Positions 25,265 to 35,102 are shown, numbered from the stretch's first letter. The stretch: 64,000 nt of DNA from a virus (IMGVR_UViG_3300021958_000057:1103-65102); one strand, 5' to 3'. Translations and numbers: made by a program. The notes: a model not told the origin generated them from the sequence alone.

Positions 25265-27762
25265 CCAAAAAAGTCCTCTAGTGTTCCTTGTGTTCCATAA
25301 CTTCTGTCCACTAACCAGTTTATCTTTTGTAATATAAAATTAAGTGGTTCTACAAAACTTTTCTCAAACTGAACATCATAGTCTACTATGTTGTGAAAGT
25401 CAAGTTCTTTTGGAAGTTTTGTTATAAAAGAAACAGCACTACATTGATAGATATTTGGTTGTTTAAGATTGATAAACTTAATCTTGTCACCCTCTTGTAT
25501 ATAAGGATACTTGTTACCTAGTTTATGTTTCTTAACTAGATGATTGTAAAGTATTGCACCTTTACAATGTATAGGAGCACCTTTCTTAAACATACCATTA
25601 GAAGATGCAAACTTTGACAATCCGTTTACACTTCTGGGATATGCGATTTCTTCTGGTGGTAAATTCATAAACTCTTCACGAAAGTCTTGTATAAAAGTAT
25701 TCAGTTCTTTCTCTGTACCATTCATAATAATACTTAGGCCTTGTTTAATCTTCTCTCTACAAGGTGCAGGCGTAGATGACTTAACTGCTTCAATACCCAT
25801 AATCTTGAGTTGTGCTTCTTTATATTGCACTCCCTCATTATCCCACACATTTAGAATGTATCTTTTCTTTGCTGTCCAGATACCTTTATCTGCAATCACT
25901 TCTCTAGACATCTCCATCTTTTGTTCATATGAGTTTACATACTCATGCAGACGTTGATAACTTTTCTCAATGAAAGGCTCAATTTTCTCTCTGGCAATGT
26001 TGTCCAAGAATCTGACAATCTTTTGAGTTTCTTCCCCCTCAGCAAACAACTTACTGACAAGTCTATCAAAGCGAACATATACCGAGTCTGTATCACTTGC
26101 AATGACGTAATCAAATCCAGAGGTCTTAAGCAAATCATTAAGATACTCATTAATATCACGCTCAATCCAACGAATAGATAACTGACCAGCAGTAGTAATT
26201 GCTTCAGCAACCAACAAATCATAATAACGAAACCAAACATTCCCAAGAGCACCATATGCACTATTGAGTGAAATCTTTTTTGCCATTTGTATGTTGTTAT
26301 ATTTTGATATATCTTTGAGTAGTTTAGGGTTCTTAGTGTTCTCATATTCCTGCTTTGCCTGTAATAAGAGTTTCTTATATTTAACTCTGTCATCATACAT
26401 ACTTTGCATTATCTCTGGTAGAAAACCTCTTTTATTAGTTTTAAATAATGCACCATTAGGTGTTACAGTATGACTTTTATTTAGTTGTGATGTGTCAAAC
26501 TTTTTATCTAGTAGTTTATCAACTGACATCTTTGGTATACTATCTTGAGAAACAAGTGTTTCTGTAGATATATTATATTGCATAATTAAATGTGGATACA
26601 ATGAATTTAAATCAAATGACATAACCCATTTATGCATACCAACTATAGGGTCTTTTACATAAGCACCCTCAAACTTTTCTGGTTTTTCTTTCTTTTGTTT
26701 TTGAGGTATTACAATCTTTTTCTTATGAAGATAGTTGTATATAAGTATATCCCAATACTTAGTAGAACCAAGTACATCCATATAATTAACTTTTGCATCA
26801 TAGGCCATTTGTAAAACAAGTTCAATAAGTTTCATCTTATCTTCTAGTTTATCAACAAGTTCCACATCCATAATATTATATTCTATAAATGATTGATAAT
26901 CCTTTGTATACCATTCTTTAAATGTTTCATATGGATTACCATCTTTTCTTTCACCAAGTTCAACATATGCAATATAATCTAGTCTATATGACTCTTGTCT
27001 TGTATATGTAAACTTATGATACAAGTCTAGATAATCTAGATGAGCCACACCTTGTATATCATATAGTTGATGTTTACGACCCATGTTATAAACATCTCTG
27101 GCATTAACACTTCTCCAAGGCGATAGTCTTTTGATTTCGTCTTCACCACAAAGATTAGTAATACGATTACATAGATAAGGAACATCAAAGAACTCTGTAT
27201 TCCAACCAGTAATTACATCAGGCTGATGTTTTTCCCAGAAGATAAGAAATTCTTTGATAAGATGTATTTCACTTTCACATTCCACATAAGTTACATCATC
27301 ACGATTATTATCAAACTTACCAATACCCCAGACAACAAATCTTTTACTCTGGTGGTTTTTTACTGTGATTGATAGAAGTGGTTCTATAGCATCTTTAGGA
27401 TTAGGAAAACCATTTTCACATTGTACTTCAATATCAATAGTTACAATAAGTATATCATCTTTATCATACTCAACTGCATTAGGATAATTTTCTGCAATAT
27501 AATTATATGCAAACATTGTATTACCATAAACTTGAGTAGGTTGGTCTTTATAAAAGTCAACCCATTCTCTAGCTTCTTTGATAGTCTGATGTTTGATAGG
27601 AGTTACAAATTTACCCTCAAGAGTTTTCCACTCTGTAGGTTTTGCAACTGGAGCAAAAAGTGTTGGAGAATACTTGACTTTACGAACAAGTCTTTCTCCG
27701 TTCACTACTTCTCTTAATAATAGAAAGTTACCCCATTGAGTAATATTAGTATAGAAATTCAT
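25261..27762 (-). CDS. gp43: Family B DNA polymerase, T4 gp43-like
   Basis: Exonuclease DIE and GWN..FD motifs; polymerase SFDLNSLYP, KISLNSAYG and SDTDS motifs. Confidence 0.98.
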   Translation of the reverse strand: MNFYTNITQWGNFLLLREVVNGERLVRKVKYSPTLFAPVAKPTEWKTLEGKFVTPIKHQTIKEAREWVDFYKDQPTQVYGNTMFAYNYIAENYPNAVEYDKDDILIVTIDIEVQCENGFPNPKDAIEPLLSITVKNHQSKRFVVWGIGKFDNNRDDVTYVECESEIHLIKEFLIFWEKHQPDVITGWNTEFFDVPYLCNRITNLCGEDEIKRLSPWRSVNARDVYNMGRKHQLYDIQGVAHLDYLDLYHKFTYTRQESYRLDYIAYVELGERKDGNPYETFKEWYTKDYQSFIEYNIMDVELVDKLEDKMKLIELVLQMAYDAKVNYMDVLGSTKYWDILIYNYLHKKKIVIPQKQKKEKPEKFEGAYVKDPIVGMHKWVMSFDLNSLYPHLIMQYNISTETLVSQDSIPKMSVDKLLDKKFDTSQLNKSHTVTPNGALFKTNKRGFLPEIMQSMYDDRVKYKKLLLQAKQEYENTKNPKLLKDISKYNNIQMAKKISLNSAYGALGNVWFRYYDLLVAEAITTAGQLSIRWIERDINEYLNDLLKTSGFDYVIASDTDSVYVRFDRLVSKLFAEGEETQKIVRFLDNIAREKIEPFIEKSYQRLHEYVNSYEQKMEMSREVIADKGIWTAKKRYILNVWDNEGVQYKEAQLKIMGIEAVKSSTPAPCREKIKQGLSIIMNGTEKELNTFIQDFREEFMNLPPEEIAYPRSVNGLSKFASSNGMFKKGAPIHCKGAILYNHLVKKHKLGNKYPYIQEGDKIKFINLKQPNIYQCSAVSFITKLPKELDFHNIVDYDVQFEKSFVEPLNFILQKINWLVDRSYGTQGTLEDFFG

Positions 27763-27768
27763 AATATA

Positions 27769-27797
27769 AATGTACCATAAATGGTTTCAAAAGTCAA
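27769..27797 (-). promoter_or_regulatory. sigma70-type promoter for gp43
   Basis: TTGACT-17nt-TACATT with TG one base upstream of the -10 (extended -10). Confidence 0.7.
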
Positions 27798-27802
27798 GTG
27801 TT

Positions 27803-28039
27803 TTATTCAGATAATAATTCTTTTTCTAACTCTGGTGGATACTCTGCATCTAAAATATCAAGTTTATCTTGTGCATCTGCCATTGCAGCAACTAGTTTAT
27901 CCATTTCTTCAGCGTGTTGAGGATGCTCGCCAATCGCAACTGGTTTGTCCATATAGATGTTTAGTGTGGAGTGTGCGATTTTATAATCACCCTCATACTT
28001 TGTTCTCAATGCATCTATCATTTGTGTTTTCAATTCCAT
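27803..28039 (-). CDS. Conserved small T4-like hypothetical protein
   Basis: ALRTKYEGD...PVAIGEHP; GGAGA SD before the ATG at 28039. Confidence 0.6.
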   Translation of the reverse strand: MELKTQMIDALRTKYEGDYKIAHSTLNIYMDKPVAIGEHPQHAEEMDKLVAAMADAQDKLDILDAEYPPELEKELLSE

Positions 28040-28041
28040 AA

Positions 28042-29097
28042 TTATCTCCAATTTTCTCTGTTCATGTATGTTTTAAATATTTCTTGTGTTATACTTTTAC
28101 CTTTTGTAACTTCTTCAATTCCACCCAAGCCAGGTGTTCCGTTAACCTCAAGTATATAAGGTTTATCTTTTTCTCTATCTTTTGCTGGTAGTAAATCTAC
28201 ACCAACTAAATCACCCTCTACTAATTCTGAAACTTTAAGTGATGTTTCTTTTTCAATATCTGTAAGTTCTATCGTTTCTGTTTTGGCACCTAAAGATGCA
28301 TTACTTCTAATATCTCCAGATATAACATTTCTTTTCATAGCTGCTAATACTTCACCATTTGAAACTAAAACTCTAATGTCATAATCTATTTCTATATATT
28401 CTTGAACTAAAAGGTCTACATAAGGTTTTAGAAAAGTTAACATTTGTACTGTAGCGTGTAAAGACCTCATACTTTCTGCTATAATAACTCCAACTCCAGT
28501 TTGACTACCACTAGATGCTTTTAGTATTAATGGAAATTTTAATCCACCTTCTTTTACAGCTCTTTCTGCATCATCAGAATAAGTTATTGGTATAGTCTTA
28601 GGAGTTCTAAGTCCATTTGATTTAAATAGTTGGTCACAATAATACTTACTTGAACATATATCCCAAGTTTTTATAGAGGGTATGGTCTTAAAACCTTTAT
28701 CCTCTAAACCTTTAATTATATCAACCCATCTTCTATTTGTAGTATAACCAAAAGTTCCTAAACCTCTAGCAAAAATTAAAGTATTTTCTGAATTTATTTC
28801 TATTGGTTTCTGATATTTAGCTTCTCCAGATTCGGTAGGCATTATAACATTACCATCTTCATCAAAATCAAGAGAATTTAAAAATAACTTTCCATTGTTT
28901 TCTAAAATATGAAGTCCAGTATACTCTACATTAAATATTTGTATACCAACTTTTTTAGCTGAATCTAAATACAATTTAAAATCTGGTCTTGTTCTTTTAC
29001 CAACATCTCTTACTTCTTCATTTGAATTGTTGAACACAATCAGTTTATAAGATTGTTCTTTTTCTTCCTCTGTAATAAATGACTTAAATTTTTCCAA
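28042..29097 (-). CDS. RimK-like ATP-grasp amino-acid/peptide ligase
   Basis: SKYYCDQLFKSNGLRTPKT, PLILKASSGSQTGVGV, LVQEYI..DYDIRV, RSNASLG, GVDLL, ILEVNGTPG; TTG start. Confidence 0.85.
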   Translation of the reverse strand: MEKFKSFITEEEKEQSYKLIVFNNSNEEVRDVGKRTRPDFKLYLDSAKKVGIQIFNVEYTGLHILENNGKLFLNSLDFDEDGNVIMPTESGEAKYQKPIEINSENTLIFARGLGTFGYTTNRRWVDIIKGLEDKGFKTIPSIKTWDICSSKYYCDQLFKSNGLRTPKTIPITYSDDAERAVKEGGLKFPLILKASSGSQTGVGVIIAESMRSLHATVQMLTFLKPYVDLLVQEYIEIDYDIRVLVSNGEVLAAMKRNVISGDIRSNASLGAKTETIELTDIEKETSLKVSELVEGDLVGVDLLPAKDREKDKPYILEVNGTPGLGGIEEVTKGKSITQEIFKTYMNRENWR

Positions 29098-29099
29098 GA

Positions 29100-29504
29100 T
29101 TAGGCCTCTCGTTTTTTTCCTATGTTATATTTAGTTTCAAGAGTCCATTCATTCTTTTCTTTAAATGCAATTATTTTAATCTGACTTAAAGGAGCGATAG
29201 GTTCTAAAGTTCCTTTGACATTTACCAAACCCCAATCACCTAATAGCTTACCGATTGTGTTTCGTCTTGCAATATCATTCTCACTTAGATTAGTATCTTT
29301 ACCATCTAGTGCAAACAACTCTTTAAAATGTACAATGAAGTATTTGCCTTGTTTGTGTAATATATGACATGATTGATATAGTTTTCGTTCTTTCCTAGAA
29401 GCAACACCTATACGAGATAATGTTTCTCGTATCTTTAGAAAGTCATCTGGTTCTTTTAAAATGACTTCTAGCATCTGCTCTGGTTTCCAGTTAATACTTT
29501 CCAT
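29100..29504 (-). CDS. regA: Translational repressor RegA
   Basis: DDFLKIRETLSRIGVAS...QSCHILHKQGKYFIVHFKELF. Confidence 0.97.
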   Translation of the reverse strand: MESINWKPEQMLEVILKEPDDFLKIRETLSRIGVASRKERKLYQSCHILHKQGKYFIVHFKELFALDGKDTNLSENDIARRNTIGKLLGDWGLVNVKGTLEPIAPLSQIKIIAFKEKNEWTLETKYNIGKKREA

Positions 29505-29886
29505 TTTTTCCACCTTTACTCAAACTATCCTTGATAGTCTTTATCTGTTCATCATTAAGTAGTTTAAGAGCAGACTTTGCCTTTTCATTATTATATCCAT
29601 AATACTCTTTTACATACTCTAGATTCTTTTGTTTACTCGCCTTCAGCCAAGGAGTATATCTTTTCCTTGTTCGTAAACTATTTAGTAAAAAGTCAAATTG
29701 TAACTTCTTATCTAGTTGGTGGTGTTTATTCATTTCATTAACTTTAAATATTGTATCTGGAAAAGGTGCAAGACATTTATTAATAATGAAAGGTGGATAT
29801 TTCTTTTCCCACATCTCATCATCTGTGTCCATCAGATTTTTCTTTTCGTGATTTATTGCATTTAAATAGTCTTTCAATTCATACAT
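29491..29886 (-). CDS. gp62: Clamp loader small subunit gp62
   Basis: YLNAIN...YPPFIINKCL...QFDFLLNSLRTRKRY...VKEYYGY; lies between gp44 and regA. Confidence 0.93.
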   Translation of the reverse strand: MYELKDYLNAINHEKKNLMDTDDEMWEKKYPPFIINKCLAPFPDTIFKVNEMNKHHQLDKKLQFDFLLNSLRTRKRYTPWLKASKQKNLEYVKEYYGYNNEKAKSALKLLNDEQIKTIKDSLSKGGKNGKY

Positions 29887-30313
29887 TATTTAATCTTTCT
29901 TTTTGCCAGTTTAGTGCTCTTTGCATCTGTTCTGGATTGTCATCAAATGCACCAAAACCCTCGTTACACCTATGACAAACATATCCTAAAAACTTTCCAG
30001 TTTTATGACAATGATGCAATCTCCAACTTTTGAAAACTGTTTGTCCTAGTCTACCAAGATATTCTAAAGTATATCCACAAGACGGACACTCTTCATGTAT
30101 TGATGGTATAGGATTTTCTCTTCTAAGTTGGTTTCTTATTCTAGTTGCTTTGTTTCTACATTCTTTACAAGTTCTTTTAATTTCTGAATCACTTTTGCCA
30201 GTTTGATATTTCATTTGACTAAAATGTGATAATGGTTTTTCCTCTTCACATTTAATACAAATAATACCACTAACTGGCGTTTCATTTTCCATGAACTGAC
30301 AAAGATTAGACAT
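29879..30313 (-). CDS. Endonuclease VII-like (His-Me finger) putative homing endonuclease
   Basis: CIKC..CKEC, CPSC and HHCHKTG..GYVCHRCNEGFGAFDDN; inserted between gp44 and gp62. Confidence 0.7.
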   Translation of the reverse strand: MSNLCQFMENETPVSGIICIKCEEEKPLSHFSQMKYQTGKSDSEIKRTCKECRNKATRIRNQLRRENPIPSIHEECPSCGYTLEYLGRLGQTVFKSWRLHHCHKTGKFLGYVCHRCNEGFGAFDDNPEQMQRALNWQKERLNNV

Positions 30314-31248
30314 TACTTAAATTTTACCTGGCCCATAATTTCTGTCATACAGGCAAGTAGATTTATTTCTTGGTCTGATACAAATGCACTTTTGTATTGA
30401 TACTCAGCAAGGATAACAACAGCATGGGGAACAGTAGAACCATCCAGATTATCATAAAGGGAATCATAAATACGGCGAAAAATACGAACTGGGTCATTAT
30501 CAAGATTGTGGACAATCCATTTACGAACATTTGGAAAGTCTTTGTCTTTGAGTATTTGCATAAGTTCATTTATATTTGACTCCGATACATTTACAAGAAC
30601 ACCAGCATCTATCTTACCAGATGCAGAATATCTTTGTAATTCGTTAAGAACTCTTCTCCAATCTGGAAAGAATTTATTCATAAGTTCTGCGACAGCTTTA
30701 GGTTCAAACTGTATGTTCTCACTATTTAGAATATCCCCTACCCTTGCAAAAAATCTAGATGCAAGTTTTGGTTTCTGATTATTAGGAATAATAAAATCAA
30801 CGACAGAACATCTAGATTGTAATGCTGGTATTAATCTATTCTTATAATTACAAGTAAGAATAAATCCACAGTTCTTATGAAACTCTTCCATAAAACCACG
30901 AAGAGCTGGTTGAGTTGATTGAGGATTTAGATAGTCTGCCTCGTCAATGATTAGATACTTTCTACCACCCTCAAGAGATACAGTAGATGCAAAGTTTTTG
31001 ATTTTAGTTCTAAGTACATCAATACCAGATTCTTCAGAACCATTTATCATCATGTAAGTTGCACCAATCTCATCACACATAGCTTTTGCAACTGTAGTTT
31101 TACCTACACCTGGCCCACCAGACAATATTAGATTTGGTATCTCTTTATCTTGAACAAATATTCCAAATTGTTTTTTTAACTCATCTGGTAAAATGCAATC
31201 ATTAATCTTGGTTGGTCGGTATTTTTCTACCCACAAAAAGTCTTCCAT
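30313..31248 (-). CDS. gp44: Clamp loader large subunit gp44
   Basis: LWVEKYRP, GGPGVGKT, IIDEAD, LQSRC. Confidence 0.97.
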   Translation of the reverse strand: MEDFLWVEKYRPTKINDCILPDELKKQFGIFVQDKEIPNLILSGGPGVGKTTVAKAMCDEIGATYMMINGSEESGIDVLRTKIKNFASTVSLEGGRKYLIIDEADYLNPQSTQPALRGFMEEFHKNCGFILTCNYKNRLIPALQSRCSVVDFIIPNNQKPKLASRFFARVGDILNSENIQFEPKAVAELMNKFFPDWRRVLNELQRYSASGKIDAGVLVNVSESNINELMQILKDKDFPNVRKWIVHNLDNDPVRIFRRIYDSLYDNLDGSTVPHAVVILAEYQYKSAFVSDQEINLLACMTEIMGQVKFK

Positions 31249-31265
31249 AATATAAATCTCCTAAA

Positions 31266-31940
31266 TTAAACTTTGTAAGTTGATTCAGGCTCAAGTGCAA
31301 TCCAATACTCAATATCAAAACTTTTGTTTTTATAATGACTAATATTCTTAGATGAAATCTCTACATCATAAGTACCATCAAGTAACTTCATATTTTCTAC
31401 TTTGAAGAAGAAGTTAAACTCACCCTCTCCATTTGTATCAACATCTAAAGAATAGTTGTTTGCAGTATCATTCTTTTTATCTTTTACTGTAATAGAAGAC
31501 GTACCCTCTTTTCTTTCTAGAACCATATCTGGAGCACCTATTGCACCAGCAGCTCTTTTAAGTTTAGATAAGTCATCACTACTCATAGTAAACTTGACCT
31601 CTTCTGAAGGCATAGTAATCATTTTACTAGGAGTTGTTACAACTGATGGGTCTGAATAGAAATACTTCATTTTAGTTGTAGGTTTACTTTCTTCACTAAT
31701 CATAACATAACTGTCATTGAAATCAAGAATAGGACTAGAGAACAATGATAATGCACCTAGAAATTCATTTAGGTCATAGATTGCAACCTCTTGTGGAAAG
31801 CTCTCCTCTACCTCAGCCTTTGCAACGATATTTTTCATTGCAGACATTGTTGCGATTGTATTGCCTTCTTTAATCACTAGATTTTGATTAATTGTTGCAA
31901 AGTTCTTCAATACAGAAGTTGTGTTACTACTTAGTTTCAT
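31266..31940 (-). CDS. gp45: Sliding clamp gp45
   Basis: MKLS..T..VLKNFATINQ, IYDLNEFL, YWIALE. Confidence 0.96.
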   Translation of the reverse strand: MKLSSNTTSVLKNFATINQNLVIKEGNTIATMSAMKNIVAKAEVEESFPQEVAIYDLNEFLGALSLFSSPILDFNDSYVMISEESKPTTKMKYFYSDPSVVTTPSKMITMPSEEVKFTMSSDDLSKLKRAAGAIGAPDMVLERKEGTSSITVKDKKNDTANNYSLDVDTNGEGEFNFFFKVENMKLLDGTYDVEISSKNISHYKNKSFDIEYWIALEPESTYKV

Positions 31941-32217
31941 TATTTAGATTCTCCAATTTATTTGTGTATAATGCAATTATACCATAATGTATCACTTTTA
32001 GCAAGTCTTTTCTATCCTTGCCATTCTTTTTTCCATATCGTTGTGCATACTTGAGTATGTTACCGATACAGAAACCCTCACCATGACCACCATCAATAAT
32101 AAATTCAGTTGCCTGAAACTTATTCTTGCTGTAGTGTTCACTATAAGTACTTTCAATATAAGACTTTAGTTCTAATAAAGTCTTATCCTCATCATATTTG
32201 TAGTCAATTTTTTTCAC
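31927..32217 (-). CDS. DUF3310-like protein (T7 gp1.7 nucleotide-kinase-related family)
   Basis: HYS...FCIGNILKYAQRYGKKNG...DLLKVIHY. Confidence 0.65.
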   Translation of the reverse strand: MKKIDYKYDEDKTLLELKSYIESTYSEHYSKNKFQATEFIIDGGHGEGFCIGNILKYAQRYGKKNGKDRKDLLKVIHYGIIALYTNKLENLNNETK

Positions 32218-33254
32218 TATTTCCTCATGTTTTCAATATGTTTCATTTTATCTTCTTCTGACATTTTTTCAAAACTTGAGTTCTCAAAAATATTAATGTT
32301 TGCAGAAAAAGTCCTACGTTCTCCGTCACCATAAAAAGGCATAACGGCGTGTCTTAACCAATTTGGAAATATTAACATAGTTCCAACCTCTGGTTTAACA
32401 TATTCTTCTGTAATAGGTCTAAACCTATTTGCATCTTTATTATCTCCATCACCCCAAGTAAAATATGTGAATCCATCAATATTACCACTTGATTGATTTA
32501 GAGTAAGACCCTCTTCAGATGGGTCTGAAATTTTTTCAATACACTCTGGAACTTTAAGATATAAAATACAAGATAGTCCAGCTTCTGTTCTTACACCATG
32601 ACTATGTAATGGATTAAAATCTCCAGAGTAACTATGAACTGTCCATGCCTCAAATGTATCAGCAGTTACATCTCTACCAAAACCTTTTTGAACATATGAT
32701 TTACCATATAAGTCAAGTTGTCCTTTTACTAGTTTACCAACTTCATCATCTAAATTGAATTTAAGTTGTGCAGACTTTTCGTTTTGATTAATCTGACCTA
32801 CTAAACCATTACTTGCATCCTCTGTATTTGATTCATCAATATGAGAATTTATTTCATCAACAACTTCTAAAGGTAATTCTACTCTTAACATATGAAGAGC
32901 CATTTTAGTTTTCATTGATGCTTTAACTCTTCCTTGACCAGCCTCACCAACTGCAGCTGCAAATTCTTCTGAACCCTCTGGGTCTGAAGAAACCACTCTA
33001 TCCTCTGCATCATACTGAACATATTTTCTAACAAGTGGGTCTTCTGGTGAAATTCGTTCTTCAACAATCTCTCCACGAACAACAGGCCCTACCTCATCAC
33101 TATCTGATTTAGTAACCTTAACATCATCATTATTCTTTTCTACATTTCTAAAAAGAACTTCATTTGGTGTTTCAATAGATTGTTCTGTATTTAAAGTTGC
33201 TTCTGCACCATCTTTTAGACCATCTGGTGGTAGGTCAAATATTTTAATTCCCAT
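32217..33254 (-). CDS. Putative 2OG-Fe(II) oxygenase with a long acidic N-terminal extension
   Basis: FNPLHSH...LSCILYLKVP...PEVGTMLIFPNWLRHAV...RRTFSAN. Confidence 0.75.
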   Translation of the reverse strand: MGIKIFDLPPDGLKDGAEATLNTEQSIETPNEVLFRNVEKNNDDVKVTKSDSDEVGPVVRGEIVEERISPEDPLVRKYVQYDAEDRVVSSDPEGSEEFAAAVGEAGQGRVKASMKTKMALHMLRVELPLEVVDEINSHIDESNTEDASNGLVGQINQNEKSAQLKFNLDDEVGKLVKGQLDLYGKSYVQKGFGRDVTADTFEAWTVHSYSGDFNPLHSHGVRTEAGLSCILYLKVPECIEKISDPSEEGLTLNQSSGNIDGFTYFTWGDGDNKDANRFRPITEEYVKPEVGTMLIFPNWLRHAVMPFYGDGERRTFSANINIFENSSFEKMSEEDKMKHIENMRK

Positions 33255-33293
33255 TATATAAATCTCCTTATAGATATGGATATGATTGTTCTT

Positions 33294-33332
33294 AATATAA
33301 CATAAAAGAGGAGTCTTGTCAACCCCTCTTTT
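33294..33332 (-). promoter_or_regulatory. hsp20 terminator-like hairpin whose loop holds the -35 box of a sigma70 promoter
   Basis: AAAAGAGG-loop-CCTCTTTT (33304-33332); TTGACA (33317-33322)-17nt-TATATT (33294-33299). Confidence 0.7.
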
Positions 33333-33340
33333 ACTTTTTT

Positions 33341-33781
33341 TTATTTAACTGTAATGAGTCTAGGTTTCTTTTCTTCTGGAATTATTTGTTCCAGAGAAAT
33401 TTTTAGAAGTCCATTCTCAAGTTTAGCATTATTAACTACAATGTCATCTGCAAGTGTAAACTTACGATTGAACTTTCTATAAGAGATACCTCTATGAAGT
33501 GTCCACTCATCATCTACATCATCATTTTCTTTTACAGAGCGAACTGTAAGTACACCATCTGCAACTTCCACTTCAATATCTTCTTTACTGAATCCAGCAA
33601 GAGCCATTTCAATTTCATATTCAAAGTCTTTTACCTTTTGAATATTGTAAGGTGGAAAGCCTGTAGATTGATGTTGATGTTTAATGTAATCGTTTAGACG
33701 ATTGAACTGTCTATCAAAACCTACGGCATAAGGTGTTAGTTGATTAAAATTGTCAAATAGACTTAGATTATTTCTTACCAT
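33341..33781 (-). CDS. hsp20: Small heat-shock protein (Hsp20/IbpA-like)
   Basis: FPPYNI, IEMALAGF, LHRGISYRKF, LENGLLKI. Confidence 0.95.
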   Translation of the reverse strand: MVRNNLSLFDNFNQLTPYAVGFDRQFNRLNDYIKHQHQSTGFPPYNIQKVKDFEYEIEMALAGFSKEDIEVEVADGVLTVRSVKENDDVDDEWTLHRGISYRKFNRKFTLADDIVVNNAKLENGLLKISLEQIIPEEKKPRLITVK

Positions 33782-33889
33782 GTTTATCTCCTTTTAAAGC
33801 AAGATTATAATGACAACCCTTAATGGCGTTGTCTTTGTGGAGAGTAAACGCTAGCACGTCACTAGTACTTTTCCCCATTTACCCTCTGT
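33782..33889 (-). promoter_or_regulatory. Structured hsp20 5' UTR, ROSE-like RNA thermometer candidate
   Basis: Three hairpins. The last is UCUUGCU-UUAAA-AGGAGA, in which UUGCU pairs the SD AGGA with a bulged G. TATAAT at 33890-33895. Confidence 0.6.
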
Positions 33890-33950
33890 ATTATATATAA
33901 GGATTGTAACCTTAGATTACAACCCCTATGCATAATTTTTTTAGAAGAAC

Positions 33951-35102
33951 CTAGAATTGAGGTTCTTCGTCTTTAGTTGTTTCTACTGTTGGAATTTCAG
34001 TAGTTTCTTCTAATGGATTTACACCAGCATCAATCTTGGTGTATAAGTCCATAAAAGATTCTTTAGTGTCATCATCAAACCTAGCGACACACATTTCAAT
34101 AGACTTCATTTTGTCTTTGAAAATTGCAAAGGCTTTTACAATGTGGTCAAGTCTTCTAGTTGATATCAACTCATCAACTCCACCATCATAGAAAGTCTTT
34201 CTGATAACTTCAGACCAAGTAACTAGATTAGTTGCAAAGTCTTCATCTACAGTTCCATACTTTTTCATAGAACCAAGAACAATCTTTTTTTCTACTGATG
34301 CAGCAGCATATGGTTGTTCAATCGTAACTGCAAACCTCTCAAGGAAGGCCTCATTCAAAATGTTAGTTCCAATGAATCTACCATCTTCTGAACCTTTACC
34401 TTTAGTGTTAGCAGTCGCCATCACATTAAAACCATCTTTAGGAGTAATCCACTTGTTTACTTTTTTCAAGTAAACACCTTTACCCTCTAGGACAGGCTGC
34501 AAACACATTAACTTGTTAGAACCTAAGTCACACTCATCAAGTAAAAGAGTACAACCTTTTTCCATTGCTTCAATAACTGGGCCAGGAACAAACTTAGTTT
34601 CTCCATTGACCAATCTGAAACCACCAAGTAAATCGTCTTCGTCAGTTTCAATAGTGATGTTAACTCTGATTAACTCTTTGTTCATATCAGCATGAACTTG
34701 TTCAATCATAAGAGTCTTACCATTACCAGACAAGCCAGTAACAAATATAGGATAGAACAAACCAGACTTTACAATCTGTTTAATATCCTTGAAGTGACCC
34801 CAAGGCACAAAACCCTCAAAGGCACTAGGAACTAGATTTTGTTTTTCCATATTAGTTGCAATCAAACTCATACTCGCAGTATTTTCTGTCGGAGTATTTA
34901 TGATTGTTGATGGGGCAGACTCCCCAGGCAGTTTAAATTGATTGTAACCAATTTTACCATAACCTAGAAACCAACCGGCCTTTGGAACACCAGCAGCTTT
35001 TGAAGCTTCAACTACATCTTTCTTTTGAAGTATTGAACCAGCACCAAACATCTCGGTGGCCTTATCAATAAACTTTTGTTTTTGCGGCGAAAATTGTGTC
35101 AT
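33951..35102 (-). CDS. cobS: CobS/MoxR-like AAA+ ATPase
   Basis: Walker A GLSGNGKT, Walker B LLLDE, ATANTKG, NEAFLERF. Confidence 0.85.
   Translation of the reverse strand: MTQFSPQKQKFIDKATEMFGAGSILQKKDVVEASKAAGVPKAGWFLGYGKIGYNQFKLPGESAPSTIINTPTENTASMSLIATNMEKQNLVPSAFEGFVPWGHFKDIKQIVKSGLFYPIFVTGLSGNGKTLMIEQVHADMNKELIRVNITIETDEDDLLGGFRLVNGETKFVPGPVIEAMEKGCTLLLDECDLGSNKLMCLQPVLEGKGVYLKKVNKWITPKDGFNVMATANTKGKGSEDGRFIGTNILNEAFLERFAVTIEQPYAAASVEKKIVLGSMKKYGTVDEDFATNLVTWSEVIRKTFYDGGVDELISTRRLDHIVKAFAIFKDKMKSIEMCVARFDDDTKESFMDLYTKIDAGVNPLEETTEIPTVETTKDEEPQF

Noticed and set aside
33848-33870. CIRCE/HrcA operator upstream of hsp20
   Set aside because: Only a partial half-site (CTAGCAC) with no matching second arm; better explained as part of a UTR hairpin.
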